NCBI GenBank assembly: GCA_965649205.1
Contig: CBFGJV010000002.1
Location: 32,001 to 96,000, forward strand
Length of the DNA: 64,000 nt
From: a candidate division WOR-3 bacterium
GTDB taxonomy: Bacteria; Hydrothermota; Tepidihabitantia; Tepidihabitantales; Tepidihabitantaceae
Reading direction: 5' to 3'
Part shown: in pieces, positions 27,557-37,761 of the stretch
Position numbering within the stretch: position 1 is the first letter of the stretch
How the letters are laid out: each line of letters starts with the position of its first letter
The notes under the pieces: generated by a model
Databases searched by the model: none
What the model was told of the DNA's origin: nothing
Seen by the model: the letters and a program-made list of their open reading frames with translations, nothing else
Position numbers and translations under genes: made by a program

Positions 27557-28326
27557 GTGTTGGTTTCAGCAGGGGGGTAGGTTTGTTTGCTTTTGCCCGG
27601 GCAGGAGCGCACACATAGACCGCAGATGTACTGTGATACGTATCGCTTTCGTTGAAATTCTTTCAGTAGTGTAAAACAAGCCTGATGGTTGAAGTCTTCC
27701 GGTCTATCTGAGATTGCTTTTGCCGGGCAAACAGCAACACAGGCGCGGCAGGAACCGCAAGAGAAGGGCTGGATTTTGGAAGCTGGAGCTTGGCAAACGG
27801 GCAGGTCGGTGAGAACGGTGACGAGGCGGATTTGGGAGCCAAATTCAGGGGTGACAAGGAGATTGTTTCTTCCCAGCCAGCCAAGGCCGGCAGCAATGGC
27901 GATGCGCTTGTGCGAAAGATGGGCACGTTGATTTTGCCAGTCCACAATCTGGGATGCAGGTATTGGCAGAGCGCGATGATTGAGCGACTGAATATATTCG
28001 GTTAAAGCAAGGGCCAGGCGGTCGAGGGCAAAGTTCAGTTGACGATAGTGATGCTCGTACAAGAGGTTTGGGTGGTCTGTAAGAGTGGACAAGACGGAGG
28101 GAGAGAGACGCAGCGCGAGACTAATGGCAAAGGGCAGGGTCTTGAGGACCGATTCTGGTAGCAGGAAGTCATCGGTACTTACGGAAGAAAGCGCGGTTGC
28201 TCCCCAGACGGCAACATGGTATTCGTGGCAGAATTGGGATATTGTTGCCGCTACGCGGTCGTTTACTATTTGCCCGGGCATAATCCCTTGTCTGCGTTGC
28301 TGGCTCCGGGGAGTTTCGGCGTTCAT
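27553..28326 (-). CDS. 4Fe-4S protein of the epoxyqueuosine reductase / reductive dehalogenase-like family
   Basis: SHK..A..AGLG.LG.NNL..TPEFG...RL..VLTD, CxxCxxCxxx[11 protein letters not shown]. Confidence 0.8.
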   Translation of the reverse strand: MNAETPRSQQRRQGIMPGQIVNDRVAATISQFCHEYHVAVWGATALSSVSTDDFLLPESVLKTLPFAISLALRLSPSVLSTLTDHPNLLYEHHYRQLNFALDRLALALTEYIQSLNHRALPIPASQIVDWQNQRAHLSHKRIAIAAGLGWLGRNNLLVTPEFGSQIRLVTVLTDLPVCQAPASKIQPFSCGSCRACVAVCPAKAISDRPEDFNHQACFTLLKEFQRKRYVSQYICGLCVRSCPGKSKQTYPPAETNT

Positions 28327-30185
28327 TTCTTCCCCCGCAAAAACATCATCAGGGCAAAAGTAGCGGCGGGAGTGACTCCGGGTACCTGTTCGGCCTGGGC
28401 AATCGTCGCCGGTCTGACCCGGGTAAGTTTTTCTCTGATTTCTGTGGATAGACCAGGCACAAGTTGATAGTTCAGGTCCGCCGGTATCCTGACCTGTTCC
28501 AGCTCCCGGAATTTTTCGGCCTGGCGCTGCGAACGTTCAATGTAACCTTTGTATTTTACTTCCACCTCTACCAAATCAATCACCTCTGAAGGCAGGGAAG
28601 GGGCAGAAGTGTCTGATTGGGCAAGGTCCTTCCATCTGACTTCAGGGCGGAGGAGTAGCTCATGGGCTGGTACGCTTTGCTGCAGGGGCGTGGTTCCCAG
28701 TTGTTTAAGTTTGCGGTTGACTGCGGGCGTGGGTTTTATCCGGGTGCGTTGAAGCCAGTCTATTGCTTTGCGGTAGCAATCGTGTTTTTTTCTTATCTGT
28801 TCAAATTGGGAAGAGGATATGAGGCCAAGCTGATAAGCCTTTGGTCCTAATCTGAGATCAGCGTTGTCCTCGCGCAGAAGCAGGCGGTATTCCACGCGGG
28901 AAGTAAACATACGATAGGGCTCATCTGTTCCTTTGGTTACCAAGTCGTCTATCATTACGCCAATATAGGCTTCCGTGCGGGAAAGGGTGAATTCGCCTTT
29001 GTCTTTTGCGCGCAGCGCAGCGTTTATCCCCGCTATGATTCCTTGGGCTGCGGCCTCTTCATAGCCGGTGGTACCGTTTATCTGTCCGGCCAAAAATAGG
29101 TTACGAACCAACCTAGTTTCCAGAGTGTGCTTTAGTTGTGTGGGTTGAACATAGTCGTGCTCTATGGCATATCCTGGCCTCATCATTTCGCATTTCTCCA
29201 AGCCGGGTATGGAACGAAGCATTTTAAGCTGGTAGGAAACGGGCAAGCTGGTGGAGATACCATTGGGATAACATTCTTTGGTGTTTGTGCCTTCGGGTTC
29301 GATGAATACCAAATGATGGTTGCGATCCGGGAATTTCACTACCTTGTCCTCTATGGAAGGGCAATAGCGCACCCCCCGTCCTTTGATAATGCCGCAGTAC
29401 AGAGGCGATTGTTTCAGGCCAGAACGTACAATGCGGTGGGTCTTCGGTGTGGTGTGGGTAACATAGCAGACCAACCGGTTATGAAGAGTATCCTGTGTCC
29501 AGTATGACATAGGTCTAACGGGTTCATCTCCAGGCTGTACGGCCAGCTTGGATGTGTCTACCGTACGAATGTCAATTCTGGCAGGGGTACCGGTTTTGAA
29601 ACGGCCCAGGTCGAATCCGAGTTCGGCAAGATTGCGGGCCAAGGAACAGGACGGCTCTTCTCCTAAGCGGCCGGCTGGAAAATGGACGAGGCCGATGTGG
29701 ACAAGCCCGTTTAGGAAAGTGCCAGGAGAAAGGACAATGGCTTTAGCCCTAAACTTTTCTCCCAGTTCAGTTTCTATGCCGACAGCGGTGTGGCCACGCA
29801 GCAGTACCCGGGCGGCCATACCCTGGTATATGCGTAGGCCCGGAATGGCTTCCAAGTATTGCTTGATCAACGTACGGTACATTTGGCGATCAACCTGCAC
29901 CCGGGAAGAACGAACAGCTCTGCCTTTGGAGGTATTGAGCTGTCGAAAATGTATGCCGGCTTGGTCGGTGATATTCGCCATAATGCCGCCCAGAGCGTCT
30001 ATCTCCTTGACAAGCTGGCCTTTACCCAATCCGCCTATGGCCGGGTTGCAGGACAAAAGGCCGGCTGTGTCCAAGTTGGCGGTGAGTAGGAGGGTAGTAC
30101 ACCCTAGGCGGCATGCAGCTAGGGCTGCTTCAATGCCGGCGTTGCCGGCGCCAACCACTATGACATCGTAAAAGACGCTTGGCAC
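28323..30185 (-). CDS. mnmG: tRNA uridine-5-carboxymethylaminomethyl synthesis enzyme (GidA)
   Basis: [50 protein letters not shown]. Confidence 0.97.
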   Translation of the reverse strand: MPSVFYDVIVVGAGNAGIEAALAACRLGCTTLLLTANLDTAGLLSCNPAIGGLGKGQLVKEIDALGGIMANITDQAGIHFRQLNTSKGRAVRSSRVQVDRQMYRTLIKQYLEAIPGLRIYQGMAARVLLRGHTAVGIETELGEKFRAKAIVLSPGTFLNGLVHIGLVHFPAGRLGEEPSCSLARNLAELGFDLGRFKTGTPARIDIRTVDTSKLAVQPGDEPVRPMSYWTQDTLHNRLVCYVTHTTPKTHRIVRSGLKQSPLYCGIIKGRGVRYCPSIEDKVVKFPDRNHHLVFIEPEGTNTKECYPNGISTSLPVSYQLKMLRSIPGLEKCEMMRPGYAIEHDYVQPTQLKHTLETRLVRNLFLAGQINGTTGYEEAAAQGIIAGINAALRAKDKGEFTLSRTEAYIGVMIDDLVTKGTDEPYRMFTSRVEYRLLLREDNADLRLGPKAYQLGLISSSQFEQIRKKHDCYRKAIDWLQRTRIKPTPAVNRKLKQLGTTPLQQSVPAHELLLRPEVRWKDLAQSDTSAPSLPSEVIDLVEVEVKYKGYIERSQRQAEKFRELEQVRIPADLNYQLVPGLSTEIREKLTRVRPATIAQAEQVPGVTPAATFALMMFLRGKK

Positions 30186-30194
30186 AATTAAAAC

Positions 30195-30222
30195 ATTGTA
30201 AATTGAGTTAAAACCGAGTCAA
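30195..30222 (-). promoter_or_regulatory. Sigma70-type promoter of mnmG
   Basis: TTGACT-N16-TACAAT, 9 nt upstream of the GTG. Confidence 0.65.
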
Positions 30223-30296
30223 AGACAAGTCGGGGGAAAAAATTAACAATGGCCGCAGGTATATAAAAAACGAAAGTGCCCCCTGTATGAAACTAC

Positions 30297-30324
30297 TTGA
30301 CAGACAAAGAGTTGACCCTAGAAT
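30297..30324 (+). promoter_or_regulatory. Sigma70-type promoter
   Basis: TTGACA-N16-TAGAAT. Confidence 0.65.
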
Positions 30325-30437
30325 TGCAGCAGTTGTGGAAGGTTAGGGTGGAGAGGAAACAGGGATAAAAAGGAGATAGGGCGCAAAAGCGCCAAGGAAG
30401 CAAGAAGGACCGTAAAAAGCTAGCAAAAGGAGGAAAC

Positions 30438-30719
30438 GTGAAGAAGGCACTGGCTACGCTTGCGGTGGTAGCGTTGCTGCTTGTGGTTGCTGGTTGTCCG
30501 GGTGCCCAGAAGGTAAAGGACTTGGAAGCCCAGGTAGCAGCCCAGCAGCAGAAAATCACCGAACTAGAAGGTCAGGTAGCGACTTTGACAGCGACAAATG
30601 ATTCGCTGACCAAAGTCATTGCTGACATGGTTGCGCAGCAGCAGAAGGCTGGAGCAAAGCAGACCACAAAGTCCGGTGGCACTCAGCCCGGTACTTTGAA
30701 GCCGCCAACCCAGAAGTAA
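30438..30719 (+). CDS. Small coiled-coil lipoprotein
   Basis: AGGAGG RBS, lipobox VAGC, heptad-rich body. Confidence 0.8.
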   Translation: MKKALATLAVVALLLVVAGCPGAQKVKDLEAQVAAQQQKITELEGQVATLTATNDSLTKVIADMVAQQQKAGAKQTTKSGGTQPGTLKPPTQK

Positions 30720-30738
30720 AGCAAGAGGAGTAACTGCT

Positions 30739-31521
30739 ATGAAAAGAATGACTTGGCTGGTTGTACTTGCAGGACTGGTACTCCTGGTGGGTGCAGGCTG
30801 CGAGCAGATGACAGAGCTCCAGAAGCCGGTGGTTACCTTGGTTTTGCTGAATAATGGCGGCGGCTTGCGGTTGACTTGGGCTGCGGTTCCGGATGCGGAT
30901 GGCTACCGTGTTAAGGCCGGCGACTCTACCTACACAACTACCGCGCTTACCTATGATGTGACTAGACCGGTGAAGAGAATAGAAGTTACTGCCTATAGTG
31001 GTTCTCTGGAAAGCGATCCGTTTGTGATTGACTGCGGACTGGTTGAGACGTCTTCGCTGGTACTCTACGGCAAGAAGGATCCGGATCCAAATCATCCGTC
31101 TGGCCTTGCCTTTACCTCTACTGGTACGGCTACGGCTATGTCACTGGCGGATGCGAACAAACCTTCGCTGGACTTTGTGTGCGACGACGAGTCTCCAGGA
31201 GTCCTGCCGATTGGTTTGGCTAATGCCGGCGACTACGGCTGGCCGCAGAATACCAAGGGTAACGCCCTGAAGAATTCTGGTGCCAGCAGCTATGATGCAG
31301 TCACCATTGCCGACCCGCCAGGTGGTTATCTTACCTCGCTGACGATTTCCAGTGGCGCGGTGTACTATCTGTGGCTGGATGCCCTGAACAATGGCTGGGA
31401 TGCCAATGACCACTATGCCAAGGCCCAGGTGGTCAGCATAGAGAACATCGGCAACTACAAGAAAGTTACGCTGAAGATCGGTTGGCAGAAAATCGGCGGT
31501 CTGCGCTGGCTGGTGAACTAA
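30739..31521 (+). CDS. Lipoprotein, paralog 1 of a tandem trio (FN3-like plus HmuY-like C-terminal region)
   Basis: Lipobox GAGC; C-terminal YAKAQVVS...V.LK..WQ...GLR shared with the next two genes. Confidence 0.75.
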   Translation: MKRMTWLVVLAGLVLLVGAGCEQMTELQKPVVTLVLLNNGGGLRLTWAAVPDADGYRVKAGDSTYTTTALTYDVTRPVKRIEVTAYSGSLESDPFVIDCGLVETSSLVLYGKKDPDPNHPSGLAFTSTGTATAMSLADANKPSLDFVCDDESPGVLPIGLANAGDYGWPQNTKGNALKNSGASSYDAVTIADPPGGYLTSLTISSGAVYYLWLDALNNGWDANDHYAKAQVVSIENIGNYKKVTLKIGWQKIGGLRWLVN

Positions 31522-31542
31522 AACAGACTGAACAGTGTATTG

Positions 31543-31571
31543 CCGGGGAGCATCTGCTCCCCGGTTTTTTC
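31543..31571 (+). terminator. Rho-independent terminator
   Basis: CCGGGGAGC-ATCT-GCTCCCCGG followed by a T run. Confidence 0.8.
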
Positions 31572-31637
31572 TCCATATAGAGACTTCCTTGACTAGAGAT
31601 TCCTCTCGGCTAGTCTTTTCGCATCTGCAGGAGGAAT

Positions 31638-32471
31638 GTGTTGAGAAAGAGCTTGAAGCTGGTGAGTGTTGCCGGCCTGACCGGATTCTGCCTGCTTATG
31701 TTGCTCTCTGCTTGCGGAGAATTGGGAGGGCCGCCGTTGGATGTGAGGCTGGGAACAGATGTTACGGGGTTGAAGGTGCTGATTACTTGGAATATGCCGC
31801 GGGAGAATGTGCCGGACAAGTATCGGTTATACTTTTCACCTTTGCCTTGTACGAGTCTGCGGCAGATTGCGGAAACCACTGCGACCTCGTACCTGCACGA
31901 CCCGAAGGAAACTACGGGAGTATATGTGGTGGCCGCAGTTTTTGGTACGAAGGAGTATTACTCAGAGTCGCTGCGCACTATTCCGGTATATAACGATACC
32001 GTGACGCTGGCTGAACTGGATGCTTCGGGCAATGATGCTTACGGCTGGAATTTGCGCACCGGTTTTGGTCGAACCTGTTCTATGCATGAGCTGGGTAACA
32101 CCCGGCTGGCTGATTTCTTCGTTACCGATTTTCGCGTCGGTTCCAGTCGGTTGCCTTACGCACTGGCCAGTCCCCACATGGGGCCTGCAGACCCTTCCGG
32201 ACTCGTTCCTACCAGCGATGCATGGCGAAGGAGCAAGTTCACCGATCCGCTTGCATCCGAACAGTCTCCTTTGCCTGTGTGGTCTGATACCACTTATTTC
32301 GATTGGACATATATTGCTCCTCTGCCGGCCACTATTGGCTGTCGCACCCAGGATGGCCATTTTGCTCTTGTCAAAGTTATCAGCGTAGATGCTGGCGCAG
32401 GAGACGTGAGGCTGGTGTCCTGGTTTCAATTGGTGCCTGGACTGAGGCTGATGATGCATCCGACTGAATGA
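31638..32471 (+). CDS. Lipoprotein, paralog 2
   Basis: Lipobox LSAC; shares VTDFR.GS....Y.LASPH.GPADP.G.VP and T.DG..ALVKV...WFQ.V.GLRL with 32468-33283. Confidence 0.75.
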   Translation: MLRKSLKLVSVAGLTGFCLLMLLSACGELGGPPLDVRLGTDVTGLKVLITWNMPRENVPDKYRLYFSPLPCTSLRQIAETTATSYLHDPKETTGVYVVAAVFGTKEYYSESLRTIPVYNDTVTLAELDASGNDAYGWNLRTGFGRTCSMHELGNTRLADFFVTDFRVGSSRLPYALASPHMGPADPSGLVPTSDAWRRSKFTDPLASEQSPLPVWSDTTYFDWTYIAPLPATIGCRTQDGHFALVKVISVDAGAGDVRLVSWFQLVPGLRLMMHPTE

Positions 32472-33283
32472 GAATGAGCGCAAGACGATGGTTATTTCTG
32501 TTGTGTTTGGTCTGTCTGGCAAGCTCTGGGCGATGTGATACAGTGTCGGGCGGACCTCCGCACAACCTGCGAATTACAGCAGAGACAGATTCTACAGTGC
32601 GTATTGTCTGGAGTGCGCCGGTGGAAGGGATCCCCGATGACTATCTGCTTTACTTCAAGGATGTGCGGGAATCTGGTTTTCAGCTGCTGGGCAGTTTTGC
32701 TGATACTGTTTGCGTGGTTGACCCGGATGGAGCAACAGGAGTTTACAAAGTGTTAGCCCGTTACGGGCGGGAGACATTTGATTCCGGGGAAAGGCTTTCG
32801 ACCGAGCCGGTCTACAGTGAGACTGTTTCTCTAGGAGAATTGAACACAGCGGTTAATGCAGGGTATGGTTGGTGGCGCGGACCGGGGACAGGTGCCTCCT
32901 TTGACATGAGAGAGCGGCTGAGCGAGTACGATGTTGATTTATATGTAACTGATTTTCGTCCCGGTTCTGCCGGGCCTGACTACTATCTTGCCAGTCCTCA
33001 TCTGGGACCGGCTGATCCGGGCGGAGGTGTGCCCTTAGCCGGCTGGCGGGTTTCCGGATTTACTCCTCCGCTGGTGTATGAGGACAGGCCTCTGCCTTCT
33101 TCTGGTTCCGGCGTTTATGCAGACAGGCAGGCGCTGGGCAGGGTTCCGGCTGTTTACGGGTGTTATACCGAGGACGGATATTATGCTCTGGTAAAGGTTG
33201 TGTATTGGAACACGGTCTCAGGTCAGGTGAAGGTGAAAACCTGGTTTCAACCGGTAAGAGGACTGAGGCTTGTAAAGCATTAG
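32468..33283 (+). CDS. Exported protein / lipoprotein, paralog 3
   Basis: Signal peptide, FN3-like P.NL...V...W..P, same shared motifs; ATGA coupling. Confidence 0.75.
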   Translation: MRMSARRWLFLLCLVCLASSGRCDTVSGGPPHNLRITAETDSTVRIVWSAPVEGIPDDYLLYFKDVRESGFQLLGSFADTVCVVDPDGATGVYKVLARYGRETFDSGERLSTEPVYSETVSLGELNTAVNAGYGWWRGPGTGASFDMRERLSEYDVDLYVTDFRPGSAGPDYYLASPHLGPADPGGGVPLAGWRVSGFTPPLVYEDRPLPSSGSGVYADRQALGRVPAVYGCYTEDGYYALVKVVYWNTVSGQVKVKTWFQPVRGLRLVKH

Positions 33284-33290
33284 CAGGCTT

Positions 33291-33536
33291 ATGGCTGAGA
33301 AAAAAATATCAGGTTCGCAACCCGGGCAAGACCCGGCGAGCTATGCCCCGCCAGCCGAAACAGAGGAAAAGTTTCTTGAGCTGGAGCGGAGAATTGAAGC
33401 GGTGGTAGAGCTGGTGGATAAACTGAGGCAGGAAAACCGGATTCTGTCTGAGCGTCTGGCGCGAGTTGAGGAAATCAGGCGGCGAGCTTTAGAGAAACTG
33501 GAGGCGTTGCTTGACAAGGTGGAGATGCTGACCTAG
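33291..33536 (+). CDS. zapB: ZapB-like coiled-coil cell division protein
   Basis: LE.RIE..VEL...LR.EN coiled coil directly upstream of zapA. Confidence 0.6.
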   Translation: MAEKKISGSQPGQDPASYAPPAETEEKFLELERRIEAVVELVDKLRQENRILSERLARVEEIRRRALEKLEALLDKVEMLT

Positions 33537-33556
33537 AGTTACAAGATGGGAGCCTG

Positions 33557-33823
33557 ATGGAGACTTTTGTTGTTAAAATATTTGGAAGTGAATATAGTGT
33601 TAGATCCGATCGTGATGGCGACCATGTTAGGCAAATTGCCCAAATTGTGGATAAGAAAATGAAAGAAATGGGACGACAGTATACCGGAGGTTCGCCTTTG
33701 CGGACCGCTGTACTGACTTGTCTGAATTTGGTGGATGAATACGAGACAGGCAACCGGGCTAATGCCGAATGGGTAGGTCGTCGGATCGATTCGCTCATTG
33801 AAAAACTGGATAAGGTTCTTTAG
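33557..33823 (+). CDS. zapA: Cell division protein ZapA
   Basis: V.IFG.EY, A..VD.KM, AVL..LNL.DE. Confidence 0.88.
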   Translation: METFVVKIFGSEYSVRSDRDGDHVRQIAQIVDKKMKEMGRQYTGGSPLRTAVLTCLNLVDEYETGNRANAEWVGRRIDSLIEKLDKVL

Positions 33824-33825
33824 GC

Positions 33826-33996
33826 TCCCTGCCGTGTCCGTGATGGACGGCTAGAGTCTTGTTCCAACACCCAAGATTCGGGTGCCGCTATGGAACGGTG
33901 GATTGCAGCTCCCTAGCGGAGCAAGCGAGAAGCCGTTTTGAGGTGCCCGCTTAACTTTAGGGTTCAAGACTTATCGCCACACGACAACGGCGGGGT
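33826..33996 (+). ncRNA. ssrS: 6S RNA
   Basis: About 170 nt between zapA and rny (typical context); terminal pairing CCCTGCCGT/ACGGCGGGG and inner pairing AGTCTTG/CAAGACT flanking a central bubble. Confidence 0.85.
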
Positions 33997-34013
33997 TTTG
34001 TTTTGGAGGAAAT

Positions 34014-35585
34014 ATGAGTACTTTGGGATGGATTCTGACAATCGGCGTGCCGATTGTTCTGGGAACTTGTGCTTTTCTGGTGGGCTACAGGGCAAGCATT
34101 TTGAGTCTGAGAAGTAAGCGGGAGCAGGCGGAGAAAGAGGCAGAGGCCTTGCTGGCCCGGGTCCGGCAGGAAGCGGAAGAACTGCGTCGTAAAACAACCC
34201 AGGAGTGCAGGGAGGAACGAGACCGCGAGCGGATGCGGTTTGAATCAGAAACCGCAGCTACGCGGCGGGAGCTGGAGAGACTTGAAGAGAAGCTGGCCAC
34301 TAGGGAAGCCCAGCTTTCCCGCCGGGATAACGTGCTTACGCAGAAGGAAGCAGACTTGATCCGCAAGGATCGGGACTTGGCTGCGCGGGACAAGATTCTG
34401 AAGGCCAAAATGGAGCGGCTGGATCAGCTGATAGCAGAGGAAACTTCGCGTCTGGAACGGGTGGCGGCCCTGACGGTTGAGGAGGCACGCCGGGAATTGT
34501 TCCGCAATCTGGAGAACCAGGCGCGTCTGGACGCAGCGCAGCTGGTCAAGGAGATAAAGGAGGAAGCGAAAGCCCGGGCTGAGGCTGAGGCTCGAGAAAT
34601 AATCGTAACCGCTATTCAGCGCTGTGCAGTTTCACACGCGGCCGAGACTACAGTGTCAGTTGTGAATCTGCCGTCAGACGAGTTGAAGGGCAGAATCATA
34701 GGTCGGGAAGGGCGAAATATCAGGACTTTCGAGACTCTGACGGGCGTAGAGGTGATGATTGACGATACACCGGGTGCCATCATCATTTCCGGGTTTGATC
34801 CGGTTAGGCGAGAGGTGGCCAGAATAGCGATGGAAAAACTGGTTCAGGACGGACGCATTCATCCTGCCCGTATTGAAGAATTGGTGAATCAGACCGCGGC
34901 CGAGCTGGAGGCTACAATCAAGGCTACGGGTGAATCGTTGGTGCTGGAGATGGGTATTGTGGGGTTGCACGATGACTTGGTTAAACTGCTGGGACGGCTG
35001 CGCTATCGCACCAGCTACGGACAGAATATGCTGATGCATTCCCGGGAAGTGGCCTATCTGGCTTCGCTGATGGCGCAGGAGCTGGATTTGGATGCGGCTA
35101 TTGCCAAGAGGGCCGGTTTGCTGCATGATATCGGCAAGGCGGTGGACCATACGGTGGAAGGTCCGCACGCCCGCATTGGCGCTGATTTGGCGCAGAAGTA
35201 TGGCGAAGACCGTCTGGTAGTGAACGCCATCGCCGCCCACCACGAGGAGGTGGCGCCGGAATCGCCCTATGCTTTCCTGGTTTCAGCCGCAGACAGCATA
35301 TCGGGTTCTCGACCCGGAGCCAGAAGGGAAAGTTTCGAGGCTTACATTAAGCGGGTGGAAAATCTGGAGATGATAGCTTCTTCTTTCCCCGGGGTGGAGA
35401 AGGCGTATGCAATCCAGGCAGGAAGAGAAATACGGATAATGGTGGAGCCAGACAAAGTCTCAGACAAGGATGCTTCGGAGCTGGCTTCCAAGGTGGCTAG
35501 TCAGATACAGAACGAGCTGAAATATCCGGGCCAGATAAAGGTTACGGTGGTGCGTGAGACCCGGGCTGTAGACTATGCCCGTTAG
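34014..35585 (+). CDS. rny: Ribonuclease Y
   Basis: N-terminal TM, coiled coil, KH domain (KGRIIGREGRNIR), HD domain (LLHDIGK), AIQAGREIR. Confidence 0.97.
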   Translation: MSTLGWILTIGVPIVLGTCAFLVGYRASILSLRSKREQAEKEAEALLARVRQEAEELRRKTTQECREERDRERMRFESETAATRRELERLEEKLATREAQLSRRDNVLTQKEADLIRKDRDLAARDKILKAKMERLDQLIAEETSRLERVAALTVEEARRELFRNLENQARLDAAQLVKEIKEEAKARAEAEAREIIVTAIQRCAVSHAAETTVSVVNLPSDELKGRIIGREGRNIRTFETLTGVEVMIDDTPGAIIISGFDPVRREVARIAMEKLVQDGRIHPARIEELVNQTAAELEATIKATGESLVLEMGIVGLHDDLVKLLGRLRYRTSYGQNMLMHSREVAYLASLMAQELDLDAAIAKRAGLLHDIGKAVDHTVEGPHARIGADLAQKYGEDRLVVNAIAAHHEEVAPESPYAFLVSAADSISGSRPGARRESFEAYIKRVENLEMIASSFPGVEKAYAIQAGREIRIMVEPDKVSDKDASELASKVASQIQNELKYPGQIKVTVVRETRAVDYAR

Positions 35586-36360
35586 GCGGGTGCTCTTTTT
35601 AGGTGATATCTGCTCTGAGGCTGGCAGGGAGGCGGTCAAACGCGTACTGCCCGAACTGAAGTCTGCGCAAGGGGTGGATTTTGTCGTGGCCAATGCCGAG
35701 AACGCTGCCGGCGGCTACGGCATCACTCCGCGTGTGGCGGAAGAGTTGCTGGCGTCAGGCATTGACTGTCTGACTATGGGGGACCATGCGTTTGAGCGCC
35801 GGGAATCTTGGGAATACTATCAGACGCAACCCAGGTTGCTGCGTCCCCTGAACTTTCCTCTGGCAGCGCCCGGCAGGGGAGAAGCGTGTTTTGAGGTGGC
35901 GGATACCAAACTGGCGGTAGTGAACCTGCAGGGCAGGGTTTTCATGAAGCCATTGGACTGCCCCTTTCAAAGAGTGGAGGCAGTTCTGGACCGGTTACGG
36001 GCAGAGACGAAGATCGTAATCGTGGATTTTCATGCTGAAGCCACGGCCGAGAAGCAAGTGATGGGGCGTTTTCTGGATGGCAGGGTTTCGGCTGTACTTG
36101 GGACTCATACGCATGTACAGACTGCCGACGAGCAGATACTTCCGCAGGGAACTGCTTACATCAGCGATGTGGGTATGTGCGGCGCTTTCGACTCCATACT
36201 GGGGATGAAAGTAGAGGGAGCGATGGTACGTTTGCTGCACCAGTTGCCGGCGCGTTTAGAACCGGCCCGGGGTTTGCCGCGGGTGAACGGCGTAGTGGTA
36301 GAAGTCTATCAAGAAACGGGAAGAGCCTGTTCCATTTGGCGGGTGAATCTGCCGGCGTAG
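35575..36360 (+). CDS. ymdB: YmdB-family metallophosphoesterase
   Basis: FLGDI, NAENAAGG, DFHAEATAEK, GTHTHVQTAD; follows rny. Confidence 0.92.
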   Translation: MPVRRVLFLGDICSEAGREAVKRVLPELKSAQGVDFVVANAENAAGGYGITPRVAEELLASGIDCLTMGDHAFERRESWEYYQTQPRLLRPLNFPLAAPGRGEACFEVADTKLAVVNLQGRVFMKPLDCPFQRVEAVLDRLRAETKIVIVDFHAEATAEKQVMGRFLDGRVSAVLGTHTHVQTADEQILPQGTAYISDVGMCGAFDSILGMKVEGAMVRLLHQLPARLEPARGLPRVNGVVVEVYQETGRACSIWRVNLPA

Positions 36361-36394
36361 AGCAGGTTACGTCAAGACTGCGTTCGCAGATAAA

Positions 36395-37702
36395 CTACAG
36401 CGGCCGATAGCCGAGGGTGAAGAGCTTTTTTGTTCCCCGACGTTTGATGGCGTTACGAGTGTCGAGAATCAGTCGGCTGTGCTGGAAGATGAAGTCGTAG
36501 TCAAAGCAGGAGTGATCGGTAAGAATCATAACCAGGTCCGCGCTCCGGAGTCGGGCAGCAGTGAGAGGCACAGAACTGATCCGGCGGGAATTCAGCATAA
36601 ATTCGGGTACGTGCGGGTCGTGATAGTCTATCTTCTTCACCTTGTTTTCCAAAATCTCCATCACTTTGATGGCTGGGGAATGACGGGTGTCCTCAACATC
36701 GCGCTTGAAGGCGGCGCCCAAAATAAGAAGGCGGGCTCGGGATGCTGGTATGCCGTTTGTGCCCAGCACTTCCATAGTCTTTGCCGCCACAGCAAAGGGC
36801 ATATTCTCGTTGGTTTCTGCCGCAAGTTCTATGAAATTGGAATGGAAGTCATATTCCCGGGCTTTCCAGGCGAGATAGTAAGGGTCAATCAGTATGCAGT
36901 GTCCGCCGATGCCCGGACCCGGATAAAAAGGCATAAAGCCGAAAGGCTTGGTGGAAGCGGCCTGGATTACTTCCCAGATGTCTATGCCGCCCATGCGTTC
37001 GCACATAAGAGCCAGTTCGTTGACCAGAGCGATGTTTACCGAACGGAAAATATTCTCCAGGAGTTTGGACATTTCGGCGACCTCAGGTGAGGAGACTGGG
37101 AATACTGTGTCCACAAACTGAGCGTAGAAGAGGCGAGTGAGTTCGGTGCAGGTTCGGGTCAGACCTCCAACTACCACGGGAGTGTTACGGGTGGTGAATT
37201 TCTTGTTTCCCGGATCGATGCGCTCGGGAGCAAATGATAGATAGAAATCTTTACCTGCGACAAGACCGGTGGATTCCAGTATGGGCTTCAGAACTTTGGT
37301 GGTGGTTTCAGGATAGGTGGTGCTGCGCAGGATTATGAGCTGACCTTTATGTAAAGTCGGCGCAATACGACGACCGGCATCCGCGATAAAGCTGACATCC
37401 GGGTCTTTGGTAGCGGTGAAGGGAGTAGGTACGCATATGTTCACAATATCGCACTCGTGGCATACCCGATAGTCGCTTGTAGCCCGGAATTTCTTCCTTA
37501 CTTCCCTGATGTCGGAGGAAGGCACGTCTTCTATGAAACTCCGACCTGCTCGTATGGCGGCAATTTTTGCAGGATCCACGTCCACGCCTATGCATTCGTA
37601 CCCGGCGCGGGCAATTTCCACGGACAGCGGCAGTCCGACATAACCGATGCCTATGACTGCCACTCGGGCTTTCTTATTGAGAATTTTGTCTTTTAAGTCC
37701 AT
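36395..37702 (-). CDS. Nucleotide-sugar dehydrogenase (UDP-GlcNAc/ManNAc 6-dehydrogenase type)
   Basis: GIGYVGLP, CVPTP, STTYP, PERIDPG, KLLEN, PGPGIGGHC. Confidence 0.9.
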   Translation of the reverse strand: MDLKDKILNKKARVAVIGIGYVGLPLSVEIARAGYECIGVDVDPAKIAAIRAGRSFIEDVPSSDIREVRKKFRATSDYRVCHECDIVNICVPTPFTATKDPDVSFIADAGRRIAPTLHKGQLIILRSTTYPETTTKVLKPILESTGLVAGKDFYLSFAPERIDPGNKKFTTRNTPVVVGGLTRTCTELTRLFYAQFVDTVFPVSSPEVAEMSKLLENIFRSVNIALVNELALMCERMGGIDIWEVIQAASTKPFGFMPFYPGPGIGGHCILIDPYYLAWKAREYDFHSNFIELAAETNENMPFAVAAKTMEVLGTNGIPASRARLLILGAAFKRDVEDTRHSPAIKVMEILENKVKKIDYHDPHVPEFMLNSRRISSVPLTAARLRSADLVMILTDHSCFDYDFIFQHSRLILDTRNAIKRRGTKKLFTLGYRPL

Positions 37703-37761
37703 ATCTATTCCTTTCTCCAAAGCCGTTTGGCGGTTTATCTGGTCATTTGCGGTTTCGTCTT

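Noticed and set aside
30325..30437. Riboswitch in the purine-rich leader of the coiled-coil lipoprotein gene
   Set aside because: Only a short GGCGC-AAAA-GCGCC hairpin; no aptamer consensus recognised
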